A stretch of DNA of 32,000 nucleotides from Deinococcus radiodurans R1 = ATCC 13939 = DSM 20539 (GCF_000008565.1 NC_001263.1:10906-42905), one strand, 5' to 3'; counted from the first letter of the stretch, positions 15,262 through 25,966 are shown. Made by a program: numbers and translations. The notes: generated from the letters alone by a model not told the origin.

Positions 15262-17063
15262 TAACTTCCCACTCGCTGGCCTTTCAGATGCACCAGCAGG
15301 GCACTGATATCGGCGTGGCGGACACCGGAAATGCGGCTGGCCTGCTCCACTGTCTGCGGTTGCAGGCGCGTTAATTTTTCGCGCGCTTCGTTGGACAGGG
15401 CCGTAATACCGGCGAAATTCACGCCGCTGAGGCTGAGTTCACGGGCTTTGGCTTCTGAGCGCAGTTGCGATTCGGCGCGGGCGATGTAGCCGGCGTACTT
15501 GACGCGGATTTCCACCGCTTCGCGCTCGCTGGCACCCAGTTCGGCGGGCAGTGTGGCGCCCAGAGTTTCTACGTCGGCCAGCGACAGCTCGGGGCGGCGC
15601 AGCCAGGCATCGGCGGTTTGCCCTTGCATGCGCTGCTTGCTGAGGCTTTTGATGCCGCTCTGCACCCGAGCGTACTTCTCCTGCACCCTTATCAACTCGG
15701 CGTCATCAACCAGCCCCAGCGCATGGCCGATAGGCGTCATGCGCTCGTCGGCGTTGTCCTGGCGGACCAATAGGCGGTGTTCCACCCGGCTGGTCATCAT
15801 GCGGTAGGGTTCGTCGCTGCCCTTGAAGACGAGGTCGTCGAGCAACACACCCAGATAACTGGTTTCCCGCCCGATGACCTGTTCGTCCAGGCCAAGGGAG
15901 CGCCGCGCTGCCGCCGTCCCTGCGACCAAGCCCTGCGCCGCCGCTTCCTCGTAGCCGCTGGTGCCGTTGAGCTGCCCGGCGGTGAAGAGGCCCGGCAGCT
16001 TTTTGGATTCGAGGTTGAGGGTGAGTTCAGTGGAGTCCACCACGTCGTATTCCACCGCGTAGGCGTAGCGCTGAATGACGGCCTGCTCGAAGCCTGGGAG
16101 CGTCCGCACCAGTTCGTCTTGCAGGCGCGGCGGCAGTGAGGAGGAAAAGCCCTGGAGGTAGACCTCGCTCGTCTGCACGCCGTCGGGTTCCACGAACAGC
16201 AGGTGGCGGTCGTGGTGGGCGAACTTGACCACTTTGTCCTCGATGCTCGGACAGTAGCGTGGCCCCAGGCCCTCGATGTCGCCGGCATACATGGGCGACT
16301 CGTGCAGGTTTTCCTGAATCAGCGCGTGCGTCTGCGGTGTGGTGTGGGTCTGCCAGGTCGGAGACTCGGCGGCGCGGGGACCGGGCGTGCCGGTAAAGCC
16401 GCGCGGCTGCGGGTCGGCGGGAATTTCCAGCAGGTCGGCAAAGCGCACCGAGTCGGCCCGGACGCGCGGAGGGGTGCCGGTCTTGTAGCGCTTGAGCACG
16501 TGCCCGCCGCGTTCCAGTGGAGCTGAAAGAAAGCGCGAGGGCGGCTCGCCCTGTCGTCCCTCGGGGCGCGATTGGCGGCCATACCAGGTCACACCGCGCA
16601 TGAAGGTACCGGCGGCAAGGACCACACTGCGGGCGTGCAGGCGGCGGCCATCGCTGGTCACGACCACCCAGCCGCCCTGCCCATCCTGTTCCAAGTCGGC
16701 GGCTTCACCGCGCACAATCTCAATTTCGGAGTGCCCGAAAATCACGTCCTGGGCGCGTTCGGCGTAGGCGTCGCGTTCGTTCTGCACGCGCAGCGACTGC
16801 ACGGCGGGGCCCTTGCTCGCGTTGAGCATCCGGGTGTGAATGGCGGTGTCGTCGGCGAGGCGACCCATCAGTCCGCCGAGCGCCTGCACTTCAAAGACGA
16901 GCTGGCTTTTGCCCGGCCCGCCCACCGCCGGGTTGCAGGGCATGCGGCCCACCGTCGCCGGGTTGCCGACGAGCAGCGCGACCCGCGAGAATTTGGCGGC
17001 GGCCCAGGCAGCTTCCAGCCCCGCGTGGCCTCCGCCGATGACGATGACATTCCAGCCCTTCAT
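15261..17063 (-). CDS. mnmG: tRNA uridine 5-carboxymethylaminomethyl modification enzyme MnmG (GidA)
   Basis: [17 protein letters not shown] motif, full-length 600 aa. TACACT lies 8 nt before the ATG. Confidence 0.95.
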   Translation of the reverse strand: MKGWNVIVIGGGHAGLEAAWAAAKFSRVALLVGNPATVGRMPCNPAVGGPGKSQLVFEVQALGGLMGRLADDTAIHTRMLNASKGPAVQSLRVQNERDAYAERAQDVIFGHSEIEIVRGEAADLEQDGQGGWVVVTSDGRRLHARSVVLAAGTFMRGVTWYGRQSRPEGRQGEPPSRFLSAPLERGGHVLKRYKTGTPPRVRADSVRFADLLEIPADPQPRGFTGTPGPRAAESPTWQTHTTPQTHALIQENLHESPMYAGDIEGLGPRYCPSIEDKVVKFAHHDRHLLFVEPDGVQTSEVYLQGFSSSLPPRLQDELVRTLPGFEQAVIQRYAYAVEYDVVDSTELTLNLESKKLPGLFTAGQLNGTSGYEEAAAQGLVAGTAAARRSLGLDEQVIGRETSYLGVLLDDLVFKGSDEPYRMMTSRVEHRLLVRQDNADERMTPIGHALGLVDDAELIRVQEKYARVQSGIKSLSKQRMQGQTADAWLRRPELSLADVETLGATLPAELGASEREAVEIRVKYAGYIARAESQLRSEAKARELSLSGVNFAGITALSNEAREKLTRLQPQTVEQASRISGVRHADISALLVHLKGQRVGS

Positions 17064-17170
17064 AAGGGGTCAGTGTAGCGGCCTGAGCGCCTAATAAACG
17101 TGCTGTGCGTAGGAGCGCCAGCCCCTCCTGAATTGTGGACCTGGCCACTCTTAGGGCTCACAATAGCGGC

Positions 17171-18769
17171 ATGGACTTCGCCAGCTTAAGGGCCGACCTC
17201 ATCGGGTCGGAGGCCGTCATCCGCACCCCGTTCGGCGAGCGGCGGGTCACTTACGCCGACTACGTGGCCTCGGGCCGGGCGCTGCGCAGCGTAGAAGACC
17301 AGGTGCGCCGGCTCGCGCTGCCGCTCTACGCCAACACCCACACCGAGGACAGCGCGACCGGCGCGCACTCCACCCACCTGACCCACGAGGCGCACGAGTA
17401 CGTCAAGGCGCAACTCGGCGCGGACGCGAGCTGCAAACTGGTGTTCTGCGGTTCGGGCAGCACGGCGGCGGTGCGGAGAATGCAAGACATTCTAGGCCTC
17501 AGCGTGGGCTGCGCTCACCGGCTGACGGTGCTGGACGCTCTGCCCGAGCACGAGCGCCCGGTGGTCTTCGTCGGCCCCTACGAGCACCACTCCAACGAGG
17601 TGAGCTGGCGCGAGACGCTGGCGGAAGTGGTGGAGATTCCGCTGTGTGCGCGCGGCAATCTGGATTTAGATGCCCTGATTACGGCGCTCAAAGACCCCCG
17701 CTACGCCCGCCGTCCCAAAATCGGCTCGTTCAGCGCGGCGAGCAACGTCACTGGCCTGCTCACCGACACCCGCACCGTCGCGCGGATTTTGCACCGGCAC
17801 GGGGCCTACGCTTTCTTCGACTTCGCGGCGAGCGCGCCTTACGTCGCCATCGACATGAAGCCGGGACAGCCCGACGGCTACGACGCGGTGTTTCTCAGTC
17901 CGCACAAGTTTGTCGGCGGCCCCGGAACGCCCGGCCTGCTGTGCTTCCGCGCGGAGCTGTACCGCCTCAGCAGCCCCAGCACGGCGGGTGGCGGCACGGT
18001 GCGCTATGTGAGCCGGACGAAACACACCTTCGTGGACGACATCGAGGCCAGGGAAGACGCCGGAACGCCCGCCATCCTCGGCAAGATTCGCACGGCGCTC
18101 GCCTTCCGGGTTAAGGAAGAACTTGGGGTCAGGGCGCTGACCGAGCGCGAGCATGAGCTGTTCGGGCGGGCGGTGACGCGACTGGGTATCCATCCCCGCG
18201 TGCAACTCCTCGGCAACCCGGACGCGCCCCGGCTGGCCTTCCTGTCGTTTCTGGTGAAGGCCGAGGACGGCACTTACCTGCACCCGCGCTTCGTGGTGCG
18301 GCTGCTCAACGACCTTTTCGGCATTCAGGCGCGCGGCGGTTGCGCCTGCGCCGGGCCGTATGGGCACGCGCTGCTCGACATTGACGACGAACGCTCTGAG
18401 CGGTATTTCCAGTGCGTGATGAGTGACCTCGACGGCCTCAAGCCCGGCTGGACGCGCCTCAACCTTGCCCCCTGGGCCACCGACGAGGAAGTGGACTTTC
18501 TACTCTCGGCCATCGAATTCGTCGCTGAGCACGGCGAGAAGTTCCTGCCGCTCTACGACTTCGATTGGAAGACCGGCGCCTGGACGCATCCGCAGGACGC
18601 TGCGCCGCCCTCGCTGTTCGGTGACGCGGTGCCGCAGCGGGGCAGGGGAGAAGTGCCCTACGCCGCATACCTGCGCGAGGCTGCGGAGCGGGCGCAAATG
18701 CTGAACGTAGCAGCGCGGCGCCCCATTCCGGAACAAGTGCCGGGCGACTTGGTCTTTTTTGCTTACTGA
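17171..18769 (+). CDS. Aminotransferase class V-fold PLP-dependent enzyme (cysteine desulfurase-like) with a long C-terminal extension
   Basis: SPHKFVGGPGTPG PLP-Lys region. ATG 17171 is preceded by CACAAT-N6. An alternative GTG start lies at 17135. Confidence 0.8.
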   Translation: MDFASLRADLIGSEAVIRTPFGERRVTYADYVASGRALRSVEDQVRRLALPLYANTHTEDSATGAHSTHLTHEAHEYVKAQLGADASCKLVFCGSGSTAAVRRMQDILGLSVGCAHRLTVLDALPEHERPVVFVGPYEHHSNEVSWRETLAEVVEIPLCARGNLDLDALITALKDPRYARRPKIGSFSAASNVTGLLTDTRTVARILHRHGAYAFFDFAASAPYVAIDMKPGQPDGYDAVFLSPHKFVGGPGTPGLLCFRAELYRLSSPSTAGGGTVRYVSRTKHTFVDDIEAREDAGTPAILGKIRTALAFRVKEELGVRALTEREHELFGRAVTRLGIHPRVQLLGNPDAPRLAFLSFLVKAEDGTYLHPRFVVRLLNDLFGIQARGGCACAGPYGHALLDIDDERSERYFQCVMSDLDGLKPGWTRLNLAPWATDEEVDFLLSAIEFVAEHGEKFLPLYDFDWKTGAWTHPQDAAPPSLFGDAVPQRGRGEVPYAAYLREAAERAQMLNVAARRPIPEQVPGDLVFFAY

Positions 18770-18929
18770 GGGGCTTTTTGCCCGTCCAGCCCAGCCGAAC
18801 TCCCCCCAATTCGCCTTTTGGAGCCGTGGAATCTACAATGCCTAACGCTCGTTAGCTAGACAGATTTCACAGGCCGCCGGGGCAAGCCTTTTGCCCCCAG
18901 CGGTCCGTGTGCCAGGAGGCCTGAAGTTC

Positions 18930-20036
18930 ATGATTCAACCCTTTACTGCTGATCCCATCCGCTTCGTGGCGGAAGACGGGCGGCCTGTGCTGGCGCTGCC
19001 GGAGCGTTACACCCCGGCGCTGCTGCGTGAGCTGCACCGCCTGATGCTCCAGGGCCGCGAATTCGACCGCAAACTCATCACCCTGCTGCGGCAGGGGCGC
19101 ACCAGCTTCTACTCGCAGGCGAGCGGCATGGAGGCCACCCAGATCGGGCTGGCGAAGGCCATTCGCGCCGGGCACGACTGGGTGTGGGGCTACTACCGCG
19201 ACCAGGTGCTCGGCATGGGCCTCGGCGTGCCGATGTTCACGCTGATTTCGCAGTGTCTGGGCTCCAACACCGACGAGTGCCGGGGCCGCCAGATGCCGCA
19301 CCACTTTTCCTCGCGGGCGCACAATTTCGTCTCGGCAAGCAGCTCCATCGCCTCGCAGGTGCCGCCCGCCGCCGGCAACGCGAGGGCGCAAAAGTACCTC
19401 GGCACCGATGAAATCACCGTCGTGACCTTTGGGGACGGCGCGACCAGTGAAGGCGACTGGCACACCGGCATGAACATGGCGGGCGCCATGCAGGCCCCCT
19501 GCCTCTTCGTGTGCGAGAACAACCAGTGGGCCATCAGCACCCACATCCGGCACCAGACCGCCTCCGAGAACATCCACATCAAGGCGAAGGCCTATGGGAT
19601 GCCCGGCTTCTACGTGGACGGCAACGATGTGGTGGCCGTGATGGAAGTCTGCCACCACGCCGCCGAATGGGTGCGGGCGGGCAATGGCCCCGCGCTGGTC
19701 GAGTGCCTGACCTACCGCGTCGGCTCGCACTCCAACGCCGACGCCGACGCCGAAAAGAGCTACCGCACCCGCGACGAGGTGAACGAGTGGCTGGGCCGTG
19801 ACCCGATTCAGCGCGTTGAAAACCTGCTCGAACACCTCGGCGACCCCATCAGCGCCGAGGAACGCGCCGGAATGATTGCCGAAATCCACAAGCAGATCGA
19901 CGACGACGTGCGCCGCGCCGAGGCCGCCGGGTATCCCGACTGGCGCATCATGTTCGAAGACGTGTACTCCGACATGCCCGACCACCTGCGGCAGCAGGCG
20001 GCGATGCTGCGCGAGGAGCAGGGAGGCAGCGCATGA
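18930..20036 (+). CDS. 2-oxoacid (branched-chain/pyruvate) dehydrogenase E1 alpha subunit
   Basis: TPP motif [10 protein letters not shown]...[14 protein letters not shown] lies 10 nt before ATG 18930. Confidence 0.9.
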   Translation: MIQPFTADPIRFVAEDGRPVLALPERYTPALLRELHRLMLQGREFDRKLITLLRQGRTSFYSQASGMEATQIGLAKAIRAGHDWVWGYYRDQVLGMGLGVPMFTLISQCLGSNTDECRGRQMPHHFSSRAHNFVSASSSIASQVPPAAGNARAQKYLGTDEITVVTFGDGATSEGDWHTGMNMAGAMQAPCLFVCENNQWAISTHIRHQTASENIHIKAKAYGMPGFYVDGNDVVAVMEVCHHAAEWVRAGNGPALVECLTYRVGSHSNADADAEKSYRTRDEVNEWLGRDPIQRVENLLEHLGDPISAEERAGMIAEIHKQIDDDVRRAEAAGYPDWRIMFEDVYSDMPDHLRQQAAMLREEQGGSA

Positions 20037-21067
20037 CCGCGACCCAGGAGAAACAGGCACAGGGGAAGCAGGCAGGGACGGAACAGCCCGCCGTTCGCAC
20101 CCTCAACCTCATTCAGGCGATCACTGAGGCGCTGGCCGACGAGCTGGAGCGCGACCCCAACGTGGTTCTCTTCGGGGAAGACGTGGGTGCGCGCGGCGGC
20201 GTGTTCATGGCGACGGCGGGCTTGCAGGAACGCTTCGGCAAAAAGCGCGTGTTCGACACCCCGCTCGCCGAGGGTTCCATCGTCGGCGCGGCGGTGGGCA
20301 TGGCGGTGCGCGGCATGCGCCCGATTGCCGAGATTCAGTTTGCCGACTACATCGGCCCCGGCTTTGACCAGATTCTGAGTCAGGCGGCCAAGATTCGCTA
20401 CCGCAGCGGCGGGCAATTCAGTGCGCCGCTCGTCATCCGCACTCCGTCGGGCGGCGGCGTGAAGGGCGGGCACCACCACAGCCAAAGCCCCGAGGCGTAC
20501 TACTGCCACATGGCGGGCATCAAGGTGGTCATGCCGAGCACGCCCTACGACGCCAAGGGCCTGCTCAAAGCCGCCGTTCGCAGCGACGACCCAGTGATGT
20601 TCTTCGAGCCCAAGCGCCTTTACCGCGCTGCCAAGGGCGAAGTGCCCGAGCACGACTACGTGGTGGAACTCGGCAAGGCGGCCATTCGCCGCGAGGGCGA
20701 CGACCTCTCGCTCATCGGCTACGGCGGCGTGATGCCCGACCTGGAACGGGCCGCCGACGCGCTCGCCGCCGAGGGCATCAGCGTGGAAGTCATCGACCTG
20801 CGCTCGCTGGTGCCGTGGGACCGTCCGCTGGTGCTTCAGAGCGTGGAAAAAACGGGCCGCGCCGTGCTCGTCAGCGAGGCGCCGCGCATGGCGAATTTCA
20901 TGGGCGAGGTGGCCTACACCATTCAGAACGAGGCCTTCGATTCCCTCTCGGCTCCGGTGCAGCAGGTGGCGGGCTTCGACACGCCCTATCCCTACATTCA
21001 GGACAAGATTTATCTGCCGGGCGCCAACCGCATCGTCGCCGCCTGCGTCAAGGCGCTGAACTACTAG
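20033..21067 (+). CDS. 2-oxoacid dehydrogenase E1 beta subunit
   Basis: Transketolase-like Pyr and C-terminal domains. ATGA overlap with E1 alpha. Confidence 0.92.
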   Translation: MTATQEKQAQGKQAGTEQPAVRTLNLIQAITEALADELERDPNVVLFGEDVGARGGVFMATAGLQERFGKKRVFDTPLAEGSIVGAAVGMAVRGMRPIAEIQFADYIGPGFDQILSQAAKIRYRSGGQFSAPLVIRTPSGGGVKGGHHHSQSPEAYYCHMAGIKVVMPSTPYDAKGLLKAAVRSDDPVMFFEPKRLYRAAKGEVPEHDYVVELGKAAIRREGDDLSLIGYGGVMPDLERAADALAAEGISVEVIDLRSLVPWDRPLVLQSVEKTGRAVLVSEAPRMANFMGEVAYTIQNEAFDSLSAPVQQVAGFDTPYPYIQDKIYLPGANRIVAACVKALNY

Positions 21068-21084
21068 TGCTGATTGGCGGCTGC

Positions 21085-21090
21085 TAGCTT
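21085..21090 (+). promoter_or_regulatory. -10-like TAGCTT, 6 nt before ATG 21097
   Basis: TANNNT-N6-ATG pattern. Confidence 0.35.
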
Positions 21091-21096
21091 CCCCCC

Positions 21097-21339
21097 ATGC
21101 CTGACCCTCTGCGTCCCGTTCTCGGTCTTCTCGGCCTCGTCATCGGCTTCGGTCTGTACGCCCTCGCCGGGCGGCTGGCCGAGCCATGGCAGAGCGTGAC
21201 TCTGGCCCTGCTCTTTGCCCTGCTGGGCGCCGCCGCGTGGGGCTACGCGCAGGGTGAGCGGTGGATTCACGTCTTGGCGGGCGTGTTGCTCGCCTACGCC
21301 CTGTTTCGTCTTCTTTTCCCCTTCCTGAACCCGAGGTAA
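21097..21339 (+). CDS. Small hydrophobic membrane protein (80 aa, 2-3 predicted TM helices) inside the dehydrogenase operon
   Basis: LGLLGLVIGFGLYALAG / VTLALLFALLGAAAWGY / VLAGVLLAYALFRLLF. High GC3. Its 3' end carries the GAGG SD of E2. Confidence 0.6.
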   Translation: MPDPLRPVLGLLGLVIGFGLYALAGRLAEPWQSVTLALLFALLGAAAWGYAQGERWIHVLAGVLLAYALFRLLFPFLNPR

Positions 21340-21342
21340 TTC

Positions 21343-22920
21343 ATGAAAGAACTGCTGCTGCCCGAACTCGCCGAAAGCGTCGTCGAGGGCGAAATCCTGA
21401 AATGGCTGGTGGAGGAGGGCGACGCTATTGCCCTCGAACAGCCGCTGTGCGAAGTGATGACCGACAAGGTGACCGTCGAACTGCCGAGCCCCTTTGAGGG
21501 CACGCTGCACAAGCGCATGGCGAACGAGGGCGACGTGGTGGCCGTACACGCCGTCATCGCCCTGATCGACGACGGTGCGGGTGCCGGGGCCGGAGCAATA
21601 CCAAGTGCTACCCAGGCCATTCAGGACAGCGCCGAGAACCCGACGACGACTGAAGTGACCCTGCCTGCCCAGGCGGAGGAGGAGCGCGAGGCGATGGGCG
21701 GGAGCATCGTGGAAGCCGGGCACATCGCCAAGGCCGACGACGACTCGACCAGCCTCTTCAAGACCTTCGCCAACGACGAGGAGGTCAAGGTGCAGGGCCT
21801 CGGCGCCCGTTCTGGCAGTGGCGCGCCCGGCAGCAGCACGGCGGGCACCGGGACGCTAGACCGCGCACCGGAGACTGCCCCCGCTTCCCCTACGCCTGCC
21901 ACTGCGAACGGGGGCCGCGTCCTCGCCGTCCCCGCCGCGCGTCAGGCGGCCCGCGAGCTCGGCATTGACCTCGCTGCGGTGCGCGGCAGTGGCCCCAACG
22001 GGCGCATTCGCGTGGCGGACGTGCTCGCGCACCAGCAGAGCGGGCAGGCCCAGCCCCAGCAAACCCAGCCTCAACAGGCGGCGGCCTCTCAAGCAGTGGC
22101 CCCTCAGCCTCAAGCCGCCGCTCCCGCTGCCCCGGCACCTGCCGGCAAGCTCGCCGCGCCCTCCGCGCACCTGCCCGCCCCGGTGCAGTACCGCACGCCC
22201 AAGGGCTACGAGGACCGCGAAACCCGTGTGCCGCTGCGGGGAATGCGCCGCGCGATTGCCAACCAGATGCAGGCGTCGCACCTCTACACCGTCCGCACCC
22301 TGACGGTGGACGAAGTGAACCTGACCAAACTGGTCGAGTTCCGCCAGCGCGTGAAGGACGAGGCCAAGGCCGCCGACGTGAAGCTGTCGTACCTGCCCTT
22401 CATCTTCAAGGCCATTACGGTGGCGCTGAAAAAGTACCCCAGCCTCAACACGTCCTTCGACGAGGCGACGCAGGAAATCGTCCAGAAGAGCTACTACAAC
22501 CTCGGAATGGCCGTCGCCACCGAAGCCGGGCTGACGGTGCCGGTCATCCGCGACGTGGACCGCAAGAGCATCTTCGACCTCGCCCGCGACGTGGTGGACC
22601 TTGCGGGCCGCGCCAACGCGGGCAAGCTCAGCCCCGACGAACTCACGGGCAGCTCGTTCAGCGTGACCAACATCGGCAGCATCGGCGCGCTGTTTTCGTT
22701 CCCCATTATCAACGTGCCCGACGCCGCCATCATGGGCGTCCACTCCATCGTCAAGCGGCCCATCGTGGACGAGCACGACAACATCACCGTGGCCCACATG
22801 ATGTACCTCTCGCTGTCGTTCGACCACCGCCTGATCGACGGCGCCGAAGCCGCCCGCTTCTGCAAAGAAGTCATCCGGCTGCTCGAAAACCCCGACCGGC
22901 TGATGCTCGAAGGGTTCTGA
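21343..22920 (+). CDS. Dihydrolipoamide acyltransferase E2
   Basis: Lipoyl domain (EVMTDKVTVE), E3-binding domain (AVPAARQAARELGIDL), catalytic DHRLIDGA. Confidence 0.93.
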   Translation: MKELLLPELAESVVEGEILKWLVEEGDAIALEQPLCEVMTDKVTVELPSPFEGTLHKRMANEGDVVAVHAVIALIDDGAGAGAGAIPSATQAIQDSAENPTTTEVTLPAQAEEEREAMGGSIVEAGHIAKADDDSTSLFKTFANDEEVKVQGLGARSGSGAPGSSTAGTGTLDRAPETAPASPTPATANGGRVLAVPAARQAARELGIDLAAVRGSGPNGRIRVADVLAHQQSGQAQPQQTQPQQAAASQAVAPQPQAAAPAAPAPAGKLAAPSAHLPAPVQYRTPKGYEDRETRVPLRGMRRAIANQMQASHLYTVRTLTVDEVNLTKLVEFRQRVKDEAKAADVKLSYLPFIFKAITVALKKYPSLNTSFDEATQEIVQKSYYNLGMAVATEAGLTVPVIRDVDRKSIFDLARDVVDLAGRANAGKLSPDELTGSSFSVTNIGSIGALFSFPIINVPDAAIMGVHSIVKRPIVDEHDNITVAHMMYLSLSFDHRLIDGAEAARFCKEVIRLLENPDRLMLEGF

Positions 22921-22937
22921 GCCGAGCTTTCCCCTTG

Positions 22938-22968
22938 GCCCTCTCCCTACGCGGGGGAGGGCTTTTTT
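22938..22968 (+). terminator. Rho-independent terminator after E2
   Basis: GCCCTCTCCC-TACGC-GGGGGAGGGC followed by TTTTTT. Confidence 0.8.
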
Positions 22969-22997
22969 GTGCCTCGTGGGCGCGGCGTGCAGGCTGC

Positions 22998-23387
22998 TCA
23001 GGAAAGACAGGAAAGAACGGCCTCGGCCTCGATTTCCACCAGATGCCGGGGGTCAATCAGGGCGGCCACCTGCACCATGGTCGCGGCAGGACGGATAGCG
23101 CCGAAGACCTCGCCGTGCGCCCGCCCGACCTGCTCCCAACGGCTGATGTCGGGTACGTACATGCGCGTCCTGACCACGTCTTCCAGCCGCGCCCCCGCCT
23201 GCTCCAGCGCTTGCCGGATGAGCCCGAGGGCCACTTTGGTCTGCCAGTAGGCGTCCCCCACGCCCACGACCTCGCCGTCCACGGTGGCGGTCGTTCCGGC
23301 CACCTGCACGATATTTCCGACCCGGACGGCTCGCGAGTACCCCACGGTGTCTTCCCAGGGAGACGTTCCAGCAATGTTCTGACGCAT
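22998..23387 (-). CDS. RidA/YjgF/UK114-family protein
   Basis: 129 aa from ATG 23387 (TACCCT-N5 upstream). VRVGNIVQVAGTTA ... TRMYV typical of the family. The ORF track extends to 23561. Confidence 0.8.
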   Translation of the reverse strand: MRQNIAGTSPWEDTVGYSRAVRVGNIVQVAGTTATVDGEVVGVGDAYWQTKVALGLIRQALEQAGARLEDVVRTRMYVPDISRWEQVGRAHGEVFGAIRPAATMVQVAALIDPRHLVEIEAEAVLSCLS

Positions 23388-23460
23388 AGCCCAGGGTAGT
23401 GTCCTAATGTCTCCTTGCGGGCCAAGCGTCAGCTCTGCGGTTTTGCGCTCTACTCCCCTC

Positions 23461-23790
23461 ATGCCCACCATCCGGACTGCCGCCGACCTCGGCCTGCGCC
23501 TGCGCACCGCCGCCGACATTCCCGACCTCATCGGCGCGGCGTATGGGGCCGACAGCGTCATCTTGCACGCAGACGACCTCGCGCCCGAGTTTCTGGACCT
23601 CCGCAGCGGCCTGCTGGGCGAACTGTTTCAGAAGGCCACCAATTACCGCCTGCCGTTGGCACTCGTTCTTGCAGACACTGACGCTTACGGCCCCCGCTTC
23701 AGCGAACTGGCGCTCGAACATCGCCAGCACCCGCTGATTTGCTTTTTCGATTCGGAAGAGGCGGCGCGGGCGTGGCTGGAACGGGTCTAG
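23461..23790 (+). CDS. DUF4180-domain protein
   Basis: APEFLDLRSGLLGELFQKATNYRLPLALV ... FFDSEEAARAWL matches the DUF4180 pattern. The alternative ATG 23407 adds 18 codons with poor GC3. Confidence 0.7.
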   Translation: MPTIRTAADLGLRLRTAADIPDLIGAAYGADSVILHADDLAPEFLDLRSGLLGELFQKATNYRLPLALVLADTDAYGPRFSELALEHRQHPLICFFDSEEAARAWLERV

Positions 23791-23832
23791 CCGCCTGACC
23801 CCAGGCCCGCAGCCGATAAGCTAAACTGAATT

Positions 23833-23859
23833 ACGGTGCTGTGCGCCGTGCTTTTTTTT
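23833..23859 (+). terminator. Rho-independent terminator after the DUF4180 gene
   Basis: ACGGTGC-TGT-GCGCCGT followed by GC and T8. Confidence 0.75.
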
Positions 23860-23923
23860 GACCCCTGTGCAGGTGGCAAGGAGACAAAGAAAGTAAGTCT
23901 GGGCGCATGGCTGGAGGGCTGAG

Positions 23924-25141
23924 ATGCCTGGAATTGCAATTGTCGGTGCCCAGTGGGGCGATGAAGGCAAGGGGAAAATTGTCGATTTTCTGGCCCCCGA
24001 AGCCGAGTACGTGGTGCGCTATCAGGGCGGGGCCAACGCGGGCCACACGGTCAACGCGAAGGGCAAGACCTTCAAGCTCAACCTGCTGCCCAGCGGCGTG
24101 CTGCACGAGGGCGCGACCAGCATCCTGGGCGACGGGATGGTCATCGACCCCGAGAAGTTCATCGAGGAACGCCGCAACCTGATGGAAGGCGGCCTGAACC
24201 CGCGCCTCAAAATCAGTGACCGGGCGCATATCGTGCTGCCGCACCACAAGTATGTGGACGGGCGCAAGGATTTCGTCGGGACGACCGGCAAGGGCATCGG
24301 CCCCGCCTACGCGGACCGGGCGCGGCGCGTGGGCATCCGCTTCGGCGACCTCCTCGACGAAGGCGTGCTGCGCGAGCGCATCGAGCGCCTGCTGGAGGCC
24401 AAGCCCAACTCGACGCGTGACGCGGGCTGGGCCACCGTCGAGGATGGCCTGAAGTCGCTGGCGCCCATCCGTGAGCAGCTCGCGCCGTTTATTGCCGACA
24501 CCGGCAGCGAACTGCGTCAGGCCATCAAGGACGGGCGCAAGGTGCTGTTCGAGGGCGCCCAGGCCACGCTCCTCGACCTCAACTACGGCACTTACCCCTT
24601 CGTGACGAGCAGCCACCCCACCGTCGGCGGCATTCTGGTCGGCACCGGGGTCAACCACAAGGCGCTGCACCGCGTCTACGGCGTCGCCAAGGCCTTCAAC
24701 ACCCGCGTCGGGCACGGCCCCTTTGCCACTGAGGTCCACGACGAGGCGGGCATTCTGCGCCTGCGCGGCGACGGCTCGCAGCCCTGGGACGAGTACGGCA
24801 CGACCACCGGGCGGCCCCGGCGTGTCGGCTGGCTCGACCTCGAACTGCTGAAATACGCGGTGGACGTGAACGGCCTTGACGGGCTGGTCATCAATAAGAT
24901 GGACATTCTGGGCGGCCTCGACGAGATTCCCGTCTGCACCGGCTATGACGAAGGCGGTCAGCCCGTCTTCAAGAAGATGAAGGGCTGGTCGAGCACCGAC
25001 GGCGTAACTAGTCGCGCGACGCTGCCGAAAGAAGCGCAGGCTTACCTCGACCTCATCGAAGACACCGTGCAGTGCCCCGTCGTCATCTTCTCGGCGGGCC
25101 CTGAGCGCGAGAAGACGTATGGGGAAGTGCACTGGGGGTGA
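23924..25141 (+). CDS. purA: Adenylosuccinate synthetase
   Basis: GAQWGDEGKGK P-loop, GGAGGG SD, full length 405 aa. Confidence 0.95.
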   Translation: MPGIAIVGAQWGDEGKGKIVDFLAPEAEYVVRYQGGANAGHTVNAKGKTFKLNLLPSGVLHEGATSILGDGMVIDPEKFIEERRNLMEGGLNPRLKISDRAHIVLPHHKYVDGRKDFVGTTGKGIGPAYADRARRVGIRFGDLLDEGVLRERIERLLEAKPNSTRDAGWATVEDGLKSLAPIREQLAPFIADTGSELRQAIKDGRKVLFEGAQATLLDLNYGTYPFVTSSHPTVGGILVGTGVNHKALHRVYGVAKAFNTRVGHGPFATEVHDEAGILRLRGDGSQPWDEYGTTTGRPRRVGWLDLELLKYAVDVNGLDGLVINKMDILGGLDEIPVCTGYDEGGQPVFKKMKGWSSTDGVTSRATLPKEAQAYLDLIEDTVQCPVVIFSAGPEREKTYGEVHWG

Positions 25142-25167
25142 GGTTGGGGGCTGGTTTGGGCTGGTGG

Positions 25168-25220
25168 ACCCCCTCACCCCTTTGCTTCGCAAAGGCCCTC
25201 TCCCACAAGGGTAGAGGGTC
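25168..25220 (-). repeat. Structured small noncoding repeat core, inverted copy
   Basis: Its reverse complement GACCCTCTACCCTTGTGGGAGAGGGCCTTTGCGAAGCAAAGGGGTGAGGGGGTC matches 10178-10228. Confidence 0.8.
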
Positions 25221-25248
25221 AAAAACGCCTGAGCCCTGAGCTTAAGCT

Positions 25249-25302
25249 GACCCTCTCCACTGGTGGGAGAGGGCCTTGCCGCAGGCAAGGGGTGAGGGGG
25301 CC
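25249..25302 (+). repeat. Structured small noncoding repeat core, direct copy
   Basis: GACCCTCTCCACTGGTGGGAGAGGGCCTTGCCGCAGGCAAGGGGTGAGGGGGCC. Together with 25168-25220 it forms a palindrome of about 135 bp. Confidence 0.8.
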
Positions 25303-25347
25303 ACCCCGCCAACGTCTCTCCCCAACCCTTCCCTCAAAGGAGTCCCC

Positions 25348-25926
25348 TTGCCCGACAACCCGAACAACCTCGAACCCCTCACCCGTGAGTGGCTTGCCGC
25401 CATCGGCGAAGACCCGGACCGTGAAGGGCTTCAGCGCACGCCGCAGCGCGTCGCCAAAGCCTGGGCGTACATGACCGAGGGCTACGGGCAGACGCTCGCG
25501 CAGGTGGTGGGCGAGGGCGTGTTTGCCGCCGAGGGCAGCGAGATGGTCATTGTCAAGGACATCGAGTTTTATTCGATGTGCGAGCACCACATGCTGCCTT
25601 TTTATGGCCGCGCCCACGTCGCCTACATTCCCGGCACCCGGATTCTGGGCCTGAGCAAATTCGCCCGCATCGTGGACCTCTACTCGCGCCGCTTGCAGGT
25701 ACAGGAGCGGATCACCACGCAGGTGGCCGACGCTGTGGAAGAGCTGCTGGCCCCCAAGGGCGTGGCGGTGCTGATGGAAGGCATTCACCTGTGCATGGCG
25801 ATGCGCGGCGTGCAAAAGCAGAACAGCTCCACGACGACCTCGGCCATGCGCGGCCTCTTCCGTTCCGACCCGCGCACCCGCGCCGAGTTCATGAGCGCTG
25901 TGCAGGGAACGCTGCGGGGCCGCTAA
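25348..25926 (+). CDS. folE: GTP cyclohydrolase I
   Basis: MCEHHMLPF and EGIHLCM motifs. TTG 25348 is preceded by AAGGAG plus 5 nt. The ORF track start at 25276 lies inside the repeat. Confidence 0.9.
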   Translation: MPDNPNNLEPLTREWLAAIGEDPDREGLQRTPQRVAKAWAYMTEGYGQTLAQVVGEGVFAAEGSEMVIVKDIEFYSMCEHHMLPFYGRAHVAYIPGTRILGLSKFARIVDLYSRRLQVQERITTQVADAVEELLAPKGVAVLMEGIHLCMAMRGVQKQNSSTTTSAMRGLFRSDPRTRAEFMSAVQGTLRGR

Positions 25927-25940
25927 CCGCAACAGTGCCG

Positions 25941-25966
25941 GAAGGGAGCCCGCGTGGCTCCTTTTT
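25941..25966 (+). terminator. Rho-independent terminator after folE
   Basis: GGAGCC-CGCGT-GGCTCC followed by TTTTT. Confidence 0.7.

Noticed and set aside
21560-22200. Low-complexity Ala/Pro/Gln-rich coding stretches (for example QPQQTQPQQAAASQAVAPQPQAAAPAAPAPA).
   Set aside because: These are ordinary flexible linkers between the lipoyl, E3-binding and catalytic domains of E2 acyltransferases.
23407-23460. Longer start for the DUF4180 gene (ATG 23407, preceded by TAGTGT-N4).
   Set aside because: The 18 extra codons have many A/T-ending codons (about 6 of 17), unlike the rest of the gene. Kept as an alternative only.
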